Assembly (NCBI GenBank): GCA_013389015.1
Contig: JACAEE010000007.1
Span: 9,159 to 73,158 of the forward strand
DNA: 64,000 nt
Source of the DNA: Hydrogenophilaceae bacterium
GTDB lineage: Bacteria; Pseudomonadota; Alphaproteobacteria; Caulobacterales; Aquidulcibacteraceae
Reading direction: 5' to 3'
Both the position numbers and the translations under genes were made by a program. The notes beneath the pieces were generated by a model. It searched no databases, was not told where the DNA came from, and saw only the letters and a list, made by a program, of their open reading frames with translations. Positions 55,015-64,000 of the stretch are shown piece after piece; position 1 is the stretch's first letter, and every line of letters begins with the position of its first letter.

Positions 55015-57764
55015 CCCGCAAGGCTCCATGGCGTGACGAGCGCCGCGCCCGCCTCGGCGTCCGCGGTTTCGGTCTCGCGTCTGGCGAACTGAAGCACCGT
55101 CGCCGCCAGCGTTTCGCGATCAATCGGCTTGAGCAGGTGCTGACAGGCGCCAAGTTCGAACGCGCGCGCGCGGTCGTCATTGATCGACAGCACGACGCAC
55201 GGAATGTCGCGCAGCGCGCCGTCGGCGCGCAGCGCCTCGAGCACGCTCCAGCCGTCGCCGTCATTGAGGTGAATGTCGAGCACGATCAGCGACGGCTGAT
55301 GCATGCGGGCCGCTTCAAGGCCGTCGGTGAGACCGTGCGCTTCAATCACCCGCATGCCGAGGCGCGCCACCGCGCGCCGCACCAGTTCGCGCGCATCGCT
55401 GTGGTCGTCGATGACGAGCACGGCGGGCCCCTCGCCGGCGTCAGCAGCCGCAGGCGCCGGCGCCCCGGCGCCCCGCGCTTCATCGAGGCGCGCCGGCACC
55501 CGCAGCGTGAACGTGGACCCCTTGGAGACTTCGCTCTCGACCGAAAGGTCGCCGCCGAGCATTTCGGCCAGCCGGCGCGTGATCGAAAGCCCCAGACCCG
55601 TGCCGCCGTAGCGAGACGCCACGCTCGCATCAGCCTGAACGAAAGGTTGGAACAGTCGCGCGATCTGCTCGGCGGTCATGCCGAGACCGGTATCGGCGAC
55701 GTTGAAAACGAGCCATTCGAGGTCATGATCGCGGACCCGCCCGGCGCTCACTGTGATCGCGCCTTCCTCCGTGAACTTGCAGGCGTTCGAGATGAGGTTG
55801 AGCAGGCACTGCCCGATGCGGAACGCATCCGAATAGGCCTCGCCCAAGTCGCTCGTCACCGCGACGCTGATCGTGTTGCCGTTCTTCGCAGCCAGCGGCC
55901 GCATCGTCTCAACAGCCTCGTTCAGCACGTCGAGCGGCGAGAAGGCTGCAAGCGACACCTCCATCCGCCCCGCCTCGATCTTGGAGAGATCGAGAATGCC
56001 GTTGATCAAGTTAAGGAGACGCCGCGCCGCGCCGAGGATGCGGTTGATGTCCTTCATGGCGGCGTCATTCTCGGCCGCCTCCATCTCTTCCAGGAGCAGC
56101 TCGGAATAACCGATGATGGCGTTCAGCGGCGTGCGCAGTTCATGGCTCATGCTGGCCAGGAAGTGTGATTTCGCGGCATTCGCCCGCTCAGCGGCCTCGC
56201 GCGCATCGCGCAGCGCCTCCACCGATTCAACCAGGAGCGTATCGCGCAAATCGATCTCGCCGAGCACGCGCATGAAGCGCTCGAACAATTCTTCGAGTTC
56301 GACGCGGCTGTCGCGCTGCTCCGTGCTCGGCTCGCTCAGGGGCTCCGGGCCCAGGTCGCCGATGAGCTCCTTGAGGATGGAGCGTTTGCTCATCATCGCC
56401 GCCTCGGCCTGCCGCGTCGCCTCCATGAGCCGCGCTTCGAGCATGCGGCGCTGCGTGATGTTCCGGGTCATGCCGATGATGCTGCGCAGCCGTCCCGATT
56501 CGTCGAACACAGCCTCCATGTCGCTGTGCACCCAGAGCGGGACGTCGTTTGGCGTCCGCAGGCGGTGTTCGATGCTGGCGCGCCCGTTTGGGCGCACGAG
56601 CGATCGCGACATCTCTTCATAACGCTGGTAGTCTTCCTCCAGGAGCCAGCTGGGCCGCGGCGATGTGAAGTCCTCGAATTCCGGCGGCGCGCCGAGCAGT
56701 TCCGCGTACTCCGCCGAGGCCCACATCTTGCGCTCGGCGAAATCGAGCCGCCACACCGCGGCGTTCGCCACGCGCAGCGACATACGCAGATTCTGATTCG
56801 CCTCCTCAGCGTCGCGCTTGGCGGTCTGGTGGGCGGTGACGTCCTCGACGAACAAGACCGCCCCGCCCACCTTGCCATCGCCTGCGAACCAGGGCCGCGC
56901 CTCCCAGCGCAAGTATCTATGTTCGCCCTTGAGCGCGACCAGATCGGCTTCGACTCGCGTCACCTCGCCGTCGATGGCGTCATCGAGCGCAGCGCTCCAA
57001 TGGTGCAGCGACGGCTCCACCGCTTCGGTCAGAGTTCGGCCGACATAGCATTCCGCTTCGTCCGCAAACAGGCGCACGCAGGAAGGGCTCGCCATCAGGA
57101 TGCGGAACTCGCGATCCAACAGCATGATCGAGCGATCGTCCTGATCGAGCACGATCCCGGTCAGCCGGCGCTGCATCTGTTCCTGTTCGAGAGCCTGCTT
57201 GAGCGCCTGCTCGCCGGCGATCTTCTGATGGATGTGGTAGAGCACCAGCCCCATGCCGGCGATCGTCAGAACGGCCATCAGAATGACGCTCACCCAATCG
57301 AACCTCGGCGACGCCAGCGCGGCGTATACCGGCAGGATCGGCCCGAGCACGAGGCATGGCGCAATGATTATCCGGAAGACGCGCTGAGAGATCGCGGCGT
57401 AGTGCCCGGAATTCAGCAGCGACACGAACAAGATCGACGCGGAGGCGGCCGACGTCCACGGCCGCGTGTCCGCCATCAGGATCAGGGCCGCGACCATGAA
57501 GATCGCCGAGATCGATCCATTGACGAGGCCGATGCGCCACTCGGCGCGCGCGCTCGCATCCCCGTTCTCGAGGATCTCGCGATAGATGATGCGTTCGATC
57601 GTCAGCGCGCCCATGGCGATCGCGAACCAAAGCAATCCGCCGAGCGCGCCGGCCTCGTGCATGCACATGACCGCCAGCAACGCGCTGGCGATGACAAGCG
57701 CGCGCGATTCAGCCTGACGCAGCTCGAATGCGCGCTGAACAGCGGAGAGATCGATGACGGCCAT
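55011..57764 (-). CDS. hybrid sensor histidine kinase (multi-TM N-terminus, PAS repeats, HisKA, HATPase, receiver)
   Basis: About 5-6 hydrophobic segments at the N-terminus. H-box [12 protein letters not shown] and G boxes [16 protein letters not shown] and GGTGLGL, and C-terminal receiver VLVIDDHSD...LDIHL. Confidence 0.9.
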   Translation of the reverse strand: MAVIDLSAVQRAFELRQAESRALVIASALLAVMCMHEAGALGGLLWFAIAMGALTIERIIYREILENGDASARAEWRIGLVNGSISAIFMVAALILMADTRPWTSAASASILFVSLLNSGHYAAISQRVFRIIIAPCLVLGPILPVYAALASPRFDWVSVILMAVLTIAGMGLVLYHIHQKIAGEQALKQALEQEQMQRRLTGIVLDQDDRSIMLLDREFRILMASPSCVRLFADEAECYVGRTLTEAVEPSLHHWSAALDDAIDGEVTRVEADLVALKGEHRYLRWEARPWFAGDGKVGGAVLFVEDVTAHQTAKRDAEEANQNLRMSLRVANAAVWRLDFAERKMWASAEYAELLGAPPEFEDFTSPRPSWLLEEDYQRYEEMSRSLVRPNGRASIEHRLRTPNDVPLWVHSDMEAVFDESGRLRSIIGMTRNITQRRMLEARLMEATRQAEAAMMSKRSILKELIGDLGPEPLSEPSTEQRDSRVELEELFERFMRVLGEIDLRDTLLVESVEALRDAREAAERANAAKSHFLASMSHELRTPLNAIIGYSELLLEEMEAAENDAAMKDINRILGAARRLLNLINGILDLSKIEAGRMEVSLAAFSPLDVLNEAVETMRPLAAKNGNTISVAVTSDLGEAYSDAFRIGQCLLNLISNACKFTEEGAITVSAGRVRDHDLEWLVFNVADTGLGMTAEQIARLFQPFVQADASVASRYGGTGLGLSITRRLAEMLGGDLSVESEVSKGSTFTLRVPARLDEARGAGAPAPAAADAGEGPAVLVIDDHSDARELVRRAVARLGMRVIEAHGLTDGLEAARMHQPSLIVLDIHLNDGDGWSVLEALRADGALRDIPCVVLSINDDRARAFELGACQHLLKPIDRETLAATVLQFARRETETADAEAGAALVTPWSLAG

Positions 57765-57958
57765 GACGCGCCACTATCGCGCGCAAAGCCCAAGAAACGG
57801 TTTCGTAATGACGAAGAGCTCCCTAACCGGCATGGTCAACATGCGGTAAAGCGCCCGCCCCTCGCCCATGGATTTTCGCGCCCTGGAGGGCTATGCCATC
57901 GCCGACGCCGCCTGGGCTGCGCGCGCAGCCCCAAACCCAATCATCGAAAGGCAAGACG

Positions 57959-59470
57959 ATGCGCTCCATTCCGTTTTTTATCGACGGCGCGAGAGTTGAG
58001 GGCCGCTCCGGCCGCAGCCAGGAGGTCATGAACCCCAACACCGGAGAAGCGCAGGCGAAGGTGATCTTCGCGTCCGAGGGGGACGTCCAGGCCGCCGTCG
58101 CCGCCGCCGCCGCCGCCCAGCCGGCCTGGGCTGCAGTCAACCCGCAGCGCCGGGCGCGCGTGATGTTCGCCTTCAAGCGCCTGGTCGAGGCCGAGATGGA
58201 TCAGCTTGCGGCGCTCCTTTCCTCCGAACACGGAAAGGTCATCGCCGACTCCAAGGGCGACATCCAGCGCGGGCTGGAAGTGATCGAGTTCGCCTGCGGC
58301 ATCCCGCACGCACTAAAGGGCGAGTACACAGAGGGCGCGGGCCCGGGGATCGACGTCTATTCCATGCGCCAGCCTCTGGGGGTCGTCGCCGGCATCACCC
58401 CGTTCAACTTCCCTGCGATGATCCCGATGTGGATGTTCGGCGTCGCCATCGCCTGCGGCAACGCTTTCGTCCTGAAACCCTCGGAGAAGGATCCCTCCGT
58501 ACCCGTCCGGCTGGCCGAATTGTTCATGCAGGCGGGCCAGGAGGCCGGCGTCGACGTGAAAGGCGTCCTTAATGTCGTGCACGGCGACAAGGTCGCTGTC
58601 GACGCCATCCTCACCCACCCGGACATCAAGGCGGTGAGCTTCGTCGGCTCCTCCGACATCGCCCACTACATCTATCAGACCGGCGCCGCGAACGGAAAAC
58701 GCGTCCAAGCCATGGGCGGCGCGAAGAACCACGGCATCGTGCTGCCGGACGCGGACATGGACCAGGTCGTGAAGGATCTGGTCGGCGCCGCCTACGGCTC
58801 GGCCGGGGAGCGCTGCATGGCGTTGCCGGTGGTTGTGCCGGTCGGAAAGAAGACGGCCGATGCGCTGCGCGAGCGCGTCAGCGCGGAGCTGGAGACCTTG
58901 AAGGTCGGGATCTCCACCGATCCCTCCGCGCAATACGGCCCTGTCGTCTCAGCCCAGCATCGCGACAAGATCGCAAGCTATATCGAAATGGGCGTGAAGG
59001 AAGGCGCCGAGCTCGTCGTCGACGGCCGCGGCTTCAAGATGCAGGGCTATGAAAAGGGCTATTTCATCGGCCCCTCGCTGTTCGATCACGTGAAGCCGGA
59101 GATGCGGTCCTACCAGGAGGAGATTTTCGGGCCCGTGCTCCAGATCGTGCGCACAGACACGTTCGAGGAGGCGCTCGCCCTGCCCTCGAAGCACCAGTAC
59201 GGCAACGGAGTCGCGATCTTCACTCGAAACGGCCGCGCTGCGCGCGAGTTCGCCGCCCGCGTGAATGTCGGCATGGTCGGCATCAATGTGCCCATCCCCG
59301 TGCCCGTCGCCTACCACACCTTCGGCGGCTGGAAGCGCAGCGCCTTCGGCGACACCAATCAGCACGGCATGGAAGGCGTAAAGTTCTGGACGAAGATCAA
59401 AACCGTCACCGCCCGCTGGCCGGAGGGCATGACCGACGATTCCAGCTTCGTCATCCCGACGATGCGGTAG
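57959..59470 (+). CDS. mmsA: methylmalonate-semialdehyde dehydrogenase (CoA-acylating)
   Basis: MRSIPFFIDGARVEG, ITPFNFPAMIPMWMF, FVLKPSEKDP, and catalytic SAGERCMA. About 503 aa, typical MMSDH length. Confidence 0.88.
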   Translation: MRSIPFFIDGARVEGRSGRSQEVMNPNTGEAQAKVIFASEGDVQAAVAAAAAAQPAWAAVNPQRRARVMFAFKRLVEAEMDQLAALLSSEHGKVIADSKGDIQRGLEVIEFACGIPHALKGEYTEGAGPGIDVYSMRQPLGVVAGITPFNFPAMIPMWMFGVAIACGNAFVLKPSEKDPSVPVRLAELFMQAGQEAGVDVKGVLNVVHGDKVAVDAILTHPDIKAVSFVGSSDIAHYIYQTGAANGKRVQAMGGAKNHGIVLPDADMDQVVKDLVGAAYGSAGERCMALPVVVPVGKKTADALRERVSAELETLKVGISTDPSAQYGPVVSAQHRDKIASYIEMGVKEGAELVVDGRGFKMQGYEKGYFIGPSLFDHVKPEMRSYQEEIFGPVLQIVRTDTFEEALALPSKHQYGNGVAIFTRNGRAAREFAARVNVGMVGINVPIPVPVAYHTFGGWKRSAFGDTNQHGMEGVKFWTKIKTVTARWPEGMTDDSSFVIPTMR

Positions 59471-59518
59471 GATTTCACGATCGCGCTGTCAGGTCCTTTC
59501 CTGATCGGCCGCAGGCGT

Positions 59519-59536
59519 GGCTGCTATCTGGCAGCC
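59519..59536 (+). terminator. short hairpin between convergent mmsA and the methyltransferase gene
   Basis: GGCTGC TATCTG GCAGCC followed by GTCTATTTG. Weak stem and weak T-tract. Confidence 0.3.
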
Positions 59537-59538
59537 GT

Positions 59539-60561
59539 CTATTTGTACGCCACAGCCGCGCTTGCGGGTCCCGCGAGCGGAATGATTTCAGTCCGCTTGA
59601 ACCCAACTTCCTTGCACCAACGCGAAAAATCGGCGCCGGTGAAATCGAACGCCTCGCCGAACTCGATCAGCATGTTCAGCGACATCAGCAGCCCGAACGC
59701 GTTCTCGCGCCGCGCATCGTCGATGATCGCTTCAATCGCGATGAAGGCGCCGCCCTCCGGCAACGCTTCATAGGCCTTGCGGATGAGCATCATCTTGTTC
59801 TCCAGGTTCCAGTCATGGAGAATCATGCCCATCGTGATCACATCCGCCCTCGGCAGCGGGTCCTTGAAGAAGTCGAGGTCCTGCGTCTTGACGCGGTCCG
59901 AAAGCCCAGCTTCCGCGATCTTCCGCGCCGCGATCGGGGCGACGACCGGCAGGTCCGCGGTGACGCAAGACAAGTGCGGATGCCGACGAGCCACTATGAT
60001 GGAGAGCACGCCAGCCGCTCCGCCGACATCGCAAAGGGTCTTGTATTTCGAGAAGTCGAACTTCTCAGCCAGAGCCATGAAATTCCCAGTCGAGACGCCG
60101 GTCATCGCGTCCATGAACTGCTCAAGGCGCGCCGGGTCGGCATAGAGTTCCGGAAACATCGATGCGCCGCTGTGTTTGATCTCGTTCTGCGGCTTGCCGG
60201 TCTTGAGCGCTTCGGTGAGGTCGCCCCAGAAGCGGTAGAGCCGCGCGTTCGCCATCTCCAGGATGCCGCCGACATAGGTGGGCTTGCTGCGGTCAAGAAA
60301 GAGCGCGGTCGCTTCGGTGTTGCGGTAACGCGCTCCCGACCCGTCGCCATCGCGTGCGAGCATGCCCGTGGCGACGAGCGCATCGAAGAAGTCGGGATTG
60401 GCGCGTTGATGGAGGCCGAGCGCCGCGACGAGTTCTTCCCCCGTCTTTCCTCCCGCCCCTAGCGCGGTGAAGACGCCAAGCTCCACCGCCGAAAGGAGCG
60501 CCTTGGAGGCCCAGAAGCCCAGGCCCGTCTGTATGATGCGTTCGGGCGTCAAATCCGGCAT
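59539..60561 (-). CDS. class I SAM-dependent O-methyltransferase (Methyltransf_2 type with an N-terminal dimerisation / wHTH-like domain)
   Basis: LCDVGGAAGVLS (SAM motif I), and DVITMGMILHDW. About 340 aa from MPDLTPER. Confidence 0.85.
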   Translation of the reverse strand: MPDLTPERIIQTGLGFWASKALLSAVELGVFTALGAGGKTGEELVAALGLHQRANPDFFDALVATGMLARDGDGSGARYRNTEATALFLDRSKPTYVGGILEMANARLYRFWGDLTEALKTGKPQNEIKHSGASMFPELYADPARLEQFMDAMTGVSTGNFMALAEKFDFSKYKTLCDVGGAAGVLSIIVARRHPHLSCVTADLPVVAPIAARKIAEAGLSDRVKTQDLDFFKDPLPRADVITMGMILHDWNLENKMMLIRKAYEALPEGGAFIAIEAIIDDARRENAFGLLMSLNMLIEFGEAFDFTGADFSRWCKEVGFKRTEIIPLAGPASAAVAYK

Positions 60562-60706
60562 GGTCCTCTCCGTTCTACAATGGCGACGCGATGCTAGATC
60601 GACCCATGCCGAGGTGCAATTTTGGCGGCGGCTGCGCCATGATCCGGCGCTCTGAGGAGAGGAAGCGCACACGAGCGCCATCGCCTCGAATCTGCCTAGT
60701 AACTAT

Positions 60707-60738
60707 TTGTACTTGTCTTATTGGATGGATAAGTTATC
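60707..60738 (+). promoter_or_regulatory. candidate promoter and small palindrome upstream of the toxin-antitoxin pair
   Basis: TTGTAC (60707-60712), 17-nt spacer, TAAGTT (60730-60735). GATAAGTTATC (60728-60738) overlaps the -10. Only 12 nt separate the -10 from the ATG, and there is no Shine-Dalgarno sequence. Confidence 0.35.
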
Positions 60739-60747
60739 TTCTTCGCT

Positions 60748-61110
60748 ATGAGCAAATACGAGCGCCTCTCCGCCTTCCTCGGCAAGCAGACGCGCGACCG
60801 CGTGGAGCTTTCCTTCAAGGACGTGGAGCGCATTCTCGGCTTCAAGCTGCCGCGCTCGGCGCTCGAACATCGTCCCTGGTGGGCAAATTCGGGCGGCTCG
60901 CACGTGCAATCAAAGGCGTGGCTTGAAGCGGGTTTCGAAACAGAATCCGTCGATATGGACGCCCGCCGCCTGGTCTTCCGCCGCAAGGCGGACGCCCGCG
61001 CGCCGGCGCCGCGGAAGCGCACCTTCGCCGACGTCTATGGATGCCTCGCCGGCACGATCCAGATTCATGGCGATGTAACGGGACCTGCGTCTGACGATTG
61101 GCCGCAATGA
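60748..61110 (+). CDS. putative antitoxin with a non-canonical N-terminal domain of unknown function and a short C-terminal tail
   Basis: 120 aa with ATGA overlap to the PIN gene. The N-terminal ~80 aa (MSKYERLSAFLGKQ...ILGFKLPRSA..HRPWWAN...KAWLEAGFE...VFRR) resembles a widespread small DUF. An Ala/Pro/Arg linker is followed by FADVYGCLAGTIQIHGDVTGPASDDW. Confidence 0.6.
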   Translation: MSKYERLSAFLGKQTRDRVELSFKDVERILGFKLPRSALEHRPWWANSGGSHVQSKAWLEAGFETESVDMDARRLVFRRKADARAPAPRKRTFADVYGCLAGTIQIHGDVTGPASDDWPQ

Positions 61111-61520
61111 GCGGCCTGCTGCTCGACACGTGCGCCGTCCTCTGGATTGGGCAGGGACAAGGCTTGTCCGATGCGGGTAAGAAGCGCTTCGCTGCAGCGC
61201 TGCAACTGGGCGAGCCGATCTTGGTCTCGACCATGTCGGCGTGGGAGGTGGGGTTGCTGGTGTCGAAGGGCCGCATTTCTCTGACAAGCGACGCCTGGAG
61301 CTGGCTCAATCGCTTCATGGAGATGACCAGCGCTGAATGGATGAATCCGTCGCCCCAGGCGATGATCCAAGCGTCCGTCCTTCCAGGAACGCTGCATCGC
61401 GACCCGGTCGATCGTATCTTGGCGGCTAGCGCGCGCGAAGGCGGCCACGTCCTGTTCACCGGAGACCAGGCCCTACTCGACTACGGCGCAGCCGGCCACG
61501 TGCGCGTTCACCGCTGCTAG
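61107..61520 (+). CDS. vapC: PIN-domain ribonuclease toxin (VapC family)
   Basis: Acidic residues in LLLDTCAV, SAWEVG, HRDPVDRILAASA and FTGDQAL. About 137 aa. Confidence 0.85.
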   Translation: MSGLLLDTCAVLWIGQGQGLSDAGKKRFAAALQLGEPILVSTMSAWEVGLLVSKGRISLTSDAWSWLNRFMEMTSAEWMNPSPQAMIQASVLPGTLHRDPVDRILAASAREGGHVLFTGDQALLDYGAAGHVRVHRC

Positions 61521-61537
61521 AGAAAAAGGAAAAGCCA

Positions 61538-62431
61538 ATGACCACCATCGCCTTCATCGGGCTCGGCAATATGGGCGGCGGGATGGCCGCGAACCAGGCG
61601 AAGGCGCAGCGCAGCGTACGCGCGTTTGACCTCTCGGCCGCGGCGTTGAAGCGCGCGGACGAGGCGGGCTGCACGCCGGCCGCTTCGGTCGCGGAAGCGG
61701 TGAAGGACGCCGACATCGTCATCACCATGCTGCCCGCCGGGCCGCACGTCCGGCAAGTCTATACCGAGCAGGTCGCGCCCAGTGCGCGCCCCGGCGCGCT
61801 CCTCATCGATTGCTCCACCATCGACGTGGAGACCGCGCGCGCCGTCGCGGCGGCGATGCAGGAAAAGGGCTTCCGCTTCGCCGACGCGCCCGTCTCCGGC
61901 GGCGTCGCGGCGGCGGACGCCGGCACGCTCGCCTTCATGGTCGGCTGCGAGGCGGAAGACTTCGCCGACATCGAAGAGGCGTTGAAGCCGATGAGCCGCA
62001 TCACCATCCGCGCCGGCGCGTTCGGCGCCGGGCAAGCGGCCAAGATTTGCAACAACATGGCCCTGGGCATCCAGATGCTGGCGACGTGCGAGGCCTTCGC
62101 GCTGGCCGAGAAGCTCGGCCTCGACGCCGGCGCGTTCTTCGAGATCGCGTCCAAATCCTCAAGCCAGTGCTGGAGCCTCACCGCCTACTGCCCCTGGCCG
62201 GGCGTCGGTCCGCAGACGGCGAGCGACCGCGGCTATGAGGGCGGATTCGCGACGGCGATGATGCTCAAGGACCTGAAGCTCGCCCAGGACGCCGCCGCCA
62301 AGAGCGGCGCCGCAACGCCCATGGGCGCGCAGGCCGAAGCCCTCTACGCCCTCTTCGATCGCATGGGTTTTGGGAACAAGGATTTCTCCGCCGTCCAGCA
62401 ATGGCTGCGCGGGAGGCTCGACGTTCTGTAA
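61538..62431 (+). CDS. mmsB: 3-hydroxyisobutyrate dehydrogenase
   Basis: MTTIAFIGLGNMGGGMA NAD motif, DAPVSGG, GAGQAAKICNN, and about 297 aa. AAGGAAAA RBS upstream. Confidence 0.85.
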   Translation: MTTIAFIGLGNMGGGMAANQAKAQRSVRAFDLSAAALKRADEAGCTPAASVAEAVKDADIVITMLPAGPHVRQVYTEQVAPSARPGALLIDCSTIDVETARAVAAAMQEKGFRFADAPVSGGVAAADAGTLAFMVGCEAEDFADIEEALKPMSRITIRAGAFGAGQAAKICNNMALGIQMLATCEAFALAEKLGLDAGAFFEIASKSSSQCWSLTAYCPWPGVGPQTASDRGYEGGFATAMMLKDLKLAQDAAAKSGAATPMGAQAEALYALFDRMGFGNKDFSAVQQWLRGRLDVL

Positions 62432-62449
62432 ATCCGGCGCCTGACCCGC

Positions 62450-64000
62450 CTAGGGTTTCGTCTTCCCCTGGTCGCGCAACAACACCCTGCGCCTTGCGGG
62501 GCGGACCTGCACGTCTGGCGCGAGCTTCTGGATCTCGGCGCGGAACTCGGCGCGCCGATCATGGATCGAGGCGATCACCGGCCCCATCGGCACGCCGATA
62601 TCGACAAGCAGCGACTCGCTGAGCAGGAGGCTCGATTCCACGGTCTCCGGCACCGCGTCCGACGCGCCTTTGGCGTAGAGCCGCGCGGCGTGGCGCGCGT
62701 CGCGCGCTCGTGCGACGATGCAAAGATCCCTGCGCTCCTTGCGCGCCGTCTCGACGACCAGTTCGCTCGAAGCAGCGGAGTCCATCGTCACCACCAGCGC
62801 GAGCGCCGCATCGATCCCGCAGCGATGCAGGAAGTCGGGCCGCGTAATGTCGCCATAGTATACGTTCAGGCCTTCCTTGCGGGCCTTCGCCACCACGTCG
62901 GGATCGACGTCGACGGCGATGAAGTCTTTGCCGTGGCGTCGCAGCATATCGGCGACCACGCGCCCGACGCGGCCAAAACCGGCGATGATCACTCGCGGGG
63001 ACTCTCCAACGTCCGCCGGCAGGTGCAATTCCGGATCGATCTCGGGCCTCGGCGCGAGCCGCTGGCCGAGCTCCCGACCCAACATCGACATGAACGGAAT
63101 GAGCGCCATCGTCAGCGCCGCGACAATGAGCGCGATCTCCACCGCCTGGCGCGAGAACACGCCGAGCGCAGCGGCGGCGCTGAGCACGATGAGCGAGAAT
63201 TCGCCCGCCGGCGCGATGAGCAGCGCCGTCTGCGTCGCCGTGCGCGCGGGCACTCCGAAGAGGCGCGCCGCAGCCCAGGTCAATCCGCCCTTCACCACGA
63301 TCAAGGCGCAGCAGAGGCCCGCCACCAGGAGCGGCGCGGCCACGATCGCCCGCAGATCGATCGTCATCCCCATCGAGATCAGGAAGACGCCGAGCAGGAG
63401 CCCCTTGAACGGCTCGATCAGCACTTCGATCTGGCGGCGATACTCGGTTTCAGCGAGCAGCAGACCGGCCAGCAGGCCGCCCATGGCCATCGAGAGCCCC
63501 GCCGACGCCGTCGCCGCCGCCGCGCCGAACAGGACGAGCAGGCTCGCCGCCATGATCAGCTCCTGGCTGTTGGTGCGCGCCACCGAGCGGAAGAGCGGCC
63601 GGAGCGCGATGCGCCCGACCACGATGACCAGTCCCACCGCGATCGTGGCCTGCGCGAGCGAAAGCGCAAAGCTGGCGAGACTCGGCGTCGCCTGCCCTGC
63701 TTCGGCGCGCGCCATGACGCTGACCGCGAAGAGCACCGGCACGACCGCGATGTCCTGGAAGAGCAGGATCGAGAAGCTCGTCCGACCAACCGAGGAATTC
63801 ATCCGCTTCTCGTCAGACAGCACTTGCAGGATCACCGCCGTCGAACTCATCGCCAGCGCCAACCCGATGACGATCGCATCGAGCCGCGGCTGGCCGAGGA
63901 AGCCGGCCGCCGCAGCGATCGCCGCAGCGCACAGAAGCAGCTGCAGCGGGCCGAGCCCGAACACCAGGCGCCGCATCGTCGAGAGCCGCTCGAACGAAAG
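62450..64000 (-). CDS. CPA2 family cation:proton antiporter with a C-terminal RCK/TrkA-N domain (KefB/KefC-like); N-terminus lies beyond the window
   Basis: Multi-TM Na_H_exchanger-type body followed by VIIAGFGRVGRVVADML (Rossmann RCK). The frame stays open upstream of the first Met to position 64000, and the alignment suggests about 90 aa are missing. Confidence 0.85.
   Translation of the reverse strand, partial: LSFERLSTMRRLVFGLGPLQLLLCAAAIAAAAGFLGQPRLDAIVIGLALAMSSTAVILQVLSDEKRMNSSVGRTSFSILLFQDIAVVPVLFAVSVMARAEAGQATPSLASFALSLAQATIAVGLVIVVGRIALRPLFRSVARTNSQELIMAASLLVLFGAAAATASAGLSMAMGGLLAGLLLAETEYRRQIEVLIEPFKGLLLGVFLISMGMTIDLRAIVAAPLLVAGLCCALIVVKGGLTWAAARLFGVPARTATQTALLIAPAGEFSLIVLSAAAALGVFSRQAVEIALIVAALTMALIPFMSMLGRELGQRLAPRPEIDPELHLPADVGESPRVIIAGFGRVGRVVADMLRRHGKDFIAVDVDPDVVAKARKEGLNVYYGDITRPDFLHRCGIDAALALVVTMDSAASSELVVETARKERRDLCIVARARDARHAARLYAKGASDAVPETVESSLLLSESLLVDIGVPMGPVIASIHDRRAEFRAEIQKLAPDVQVRPARRRVLLRDQGKTKP

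Noticed and set aside
56526-58031. 501-aa plus-strand ORF overlapping the histidine kinase and running into the mmsA upstream region
   Set aside because: It is antisense to the kinase, which has H, N and G boxes, and has no motifs of its own.
58091-58117. GCC-rich run (gccgccgtcgccgccgccgccgccgcc) as a microsatellite or contingency repeat
   Set aside because: It lies in frame inside mmsA and encodes an Ala run (AAVAAAAAA). This is an ordinary GC-rich codon repeat, not a phase-variation tract in a promoter or at a 5' end.
59471-61537. O-methyltransferase plus TA segment as a mobile element or genomic islet
   Set aside because: I could find no integrase, transposase, tRNA target or flanking direct or inverted repeats by eye. 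I kept it only as a possible insertion in the findings.

Overview
Visibly GC-rich bacterial chromosomal DNA (about two-thirds G+C by eye, not computed) with strong G/C bias at third codon positions. It looks alphaproteobacterial, but that is a guess I cannot verify here. I call about 60 protein-coding genes. They are densely packed and often translationally coupled through ATGA, TGATG or GTGA start/stop overlaps. Positions 1-47.8 kb form an unusually paralogue-rich acyl-CoA catabolic island. It holds 8 acyl-CoA dehydrogenases (three adjacent two-class pairs), 9 crotonase-fold genes, 6 SDR-fold genes (one degenerate) and 4 adenylate-forming ligases. It also holds one true thiolase, two thiolase-like/DUF35 pairs, a family III CoA-transferase, two hotdog thioesterases, two amidohydrolases (one frameshifted), a TonB-dependent receptor, an MFS transporter and four local regulators (2 IclR, 2 GntR). 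The right end carries a P450/aldo-keto reductase operon, a lipoprotein, and a hybrid histidine kinase with two single-domain response regulators. It also carries mmsA and mmsB separated by an O-methyltransferase and a PIN-toxin module, and a partial KefB/KefC-type antiporter. I found no rRNA, tRNA, CRISPR array, transposase or integrase. The observations most worth follow-up are: (1) a LuxE-like/LuxC-like acid-reductase pair with no luciferase, in one operon with a TauD-type dioxygenase, a nitronate monooxygenase and three tandem crotonases; (2) a split ACAD10/11-type (LvaA/LvaC-like) kinase plus ACAD module behind a PaaK-type ligase and an orphan partner protein; (3) a recurring 14-16 bp palindrome (ATCGC-N4-GCGAT) found by eye only in promoter-containing intergenic regions, which would define a local regulon; (4) a PIN toxin paired with a chimeric, non-canonical antitoxin. 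All functional calls come from motif recognition by eye, since no searches could be run.
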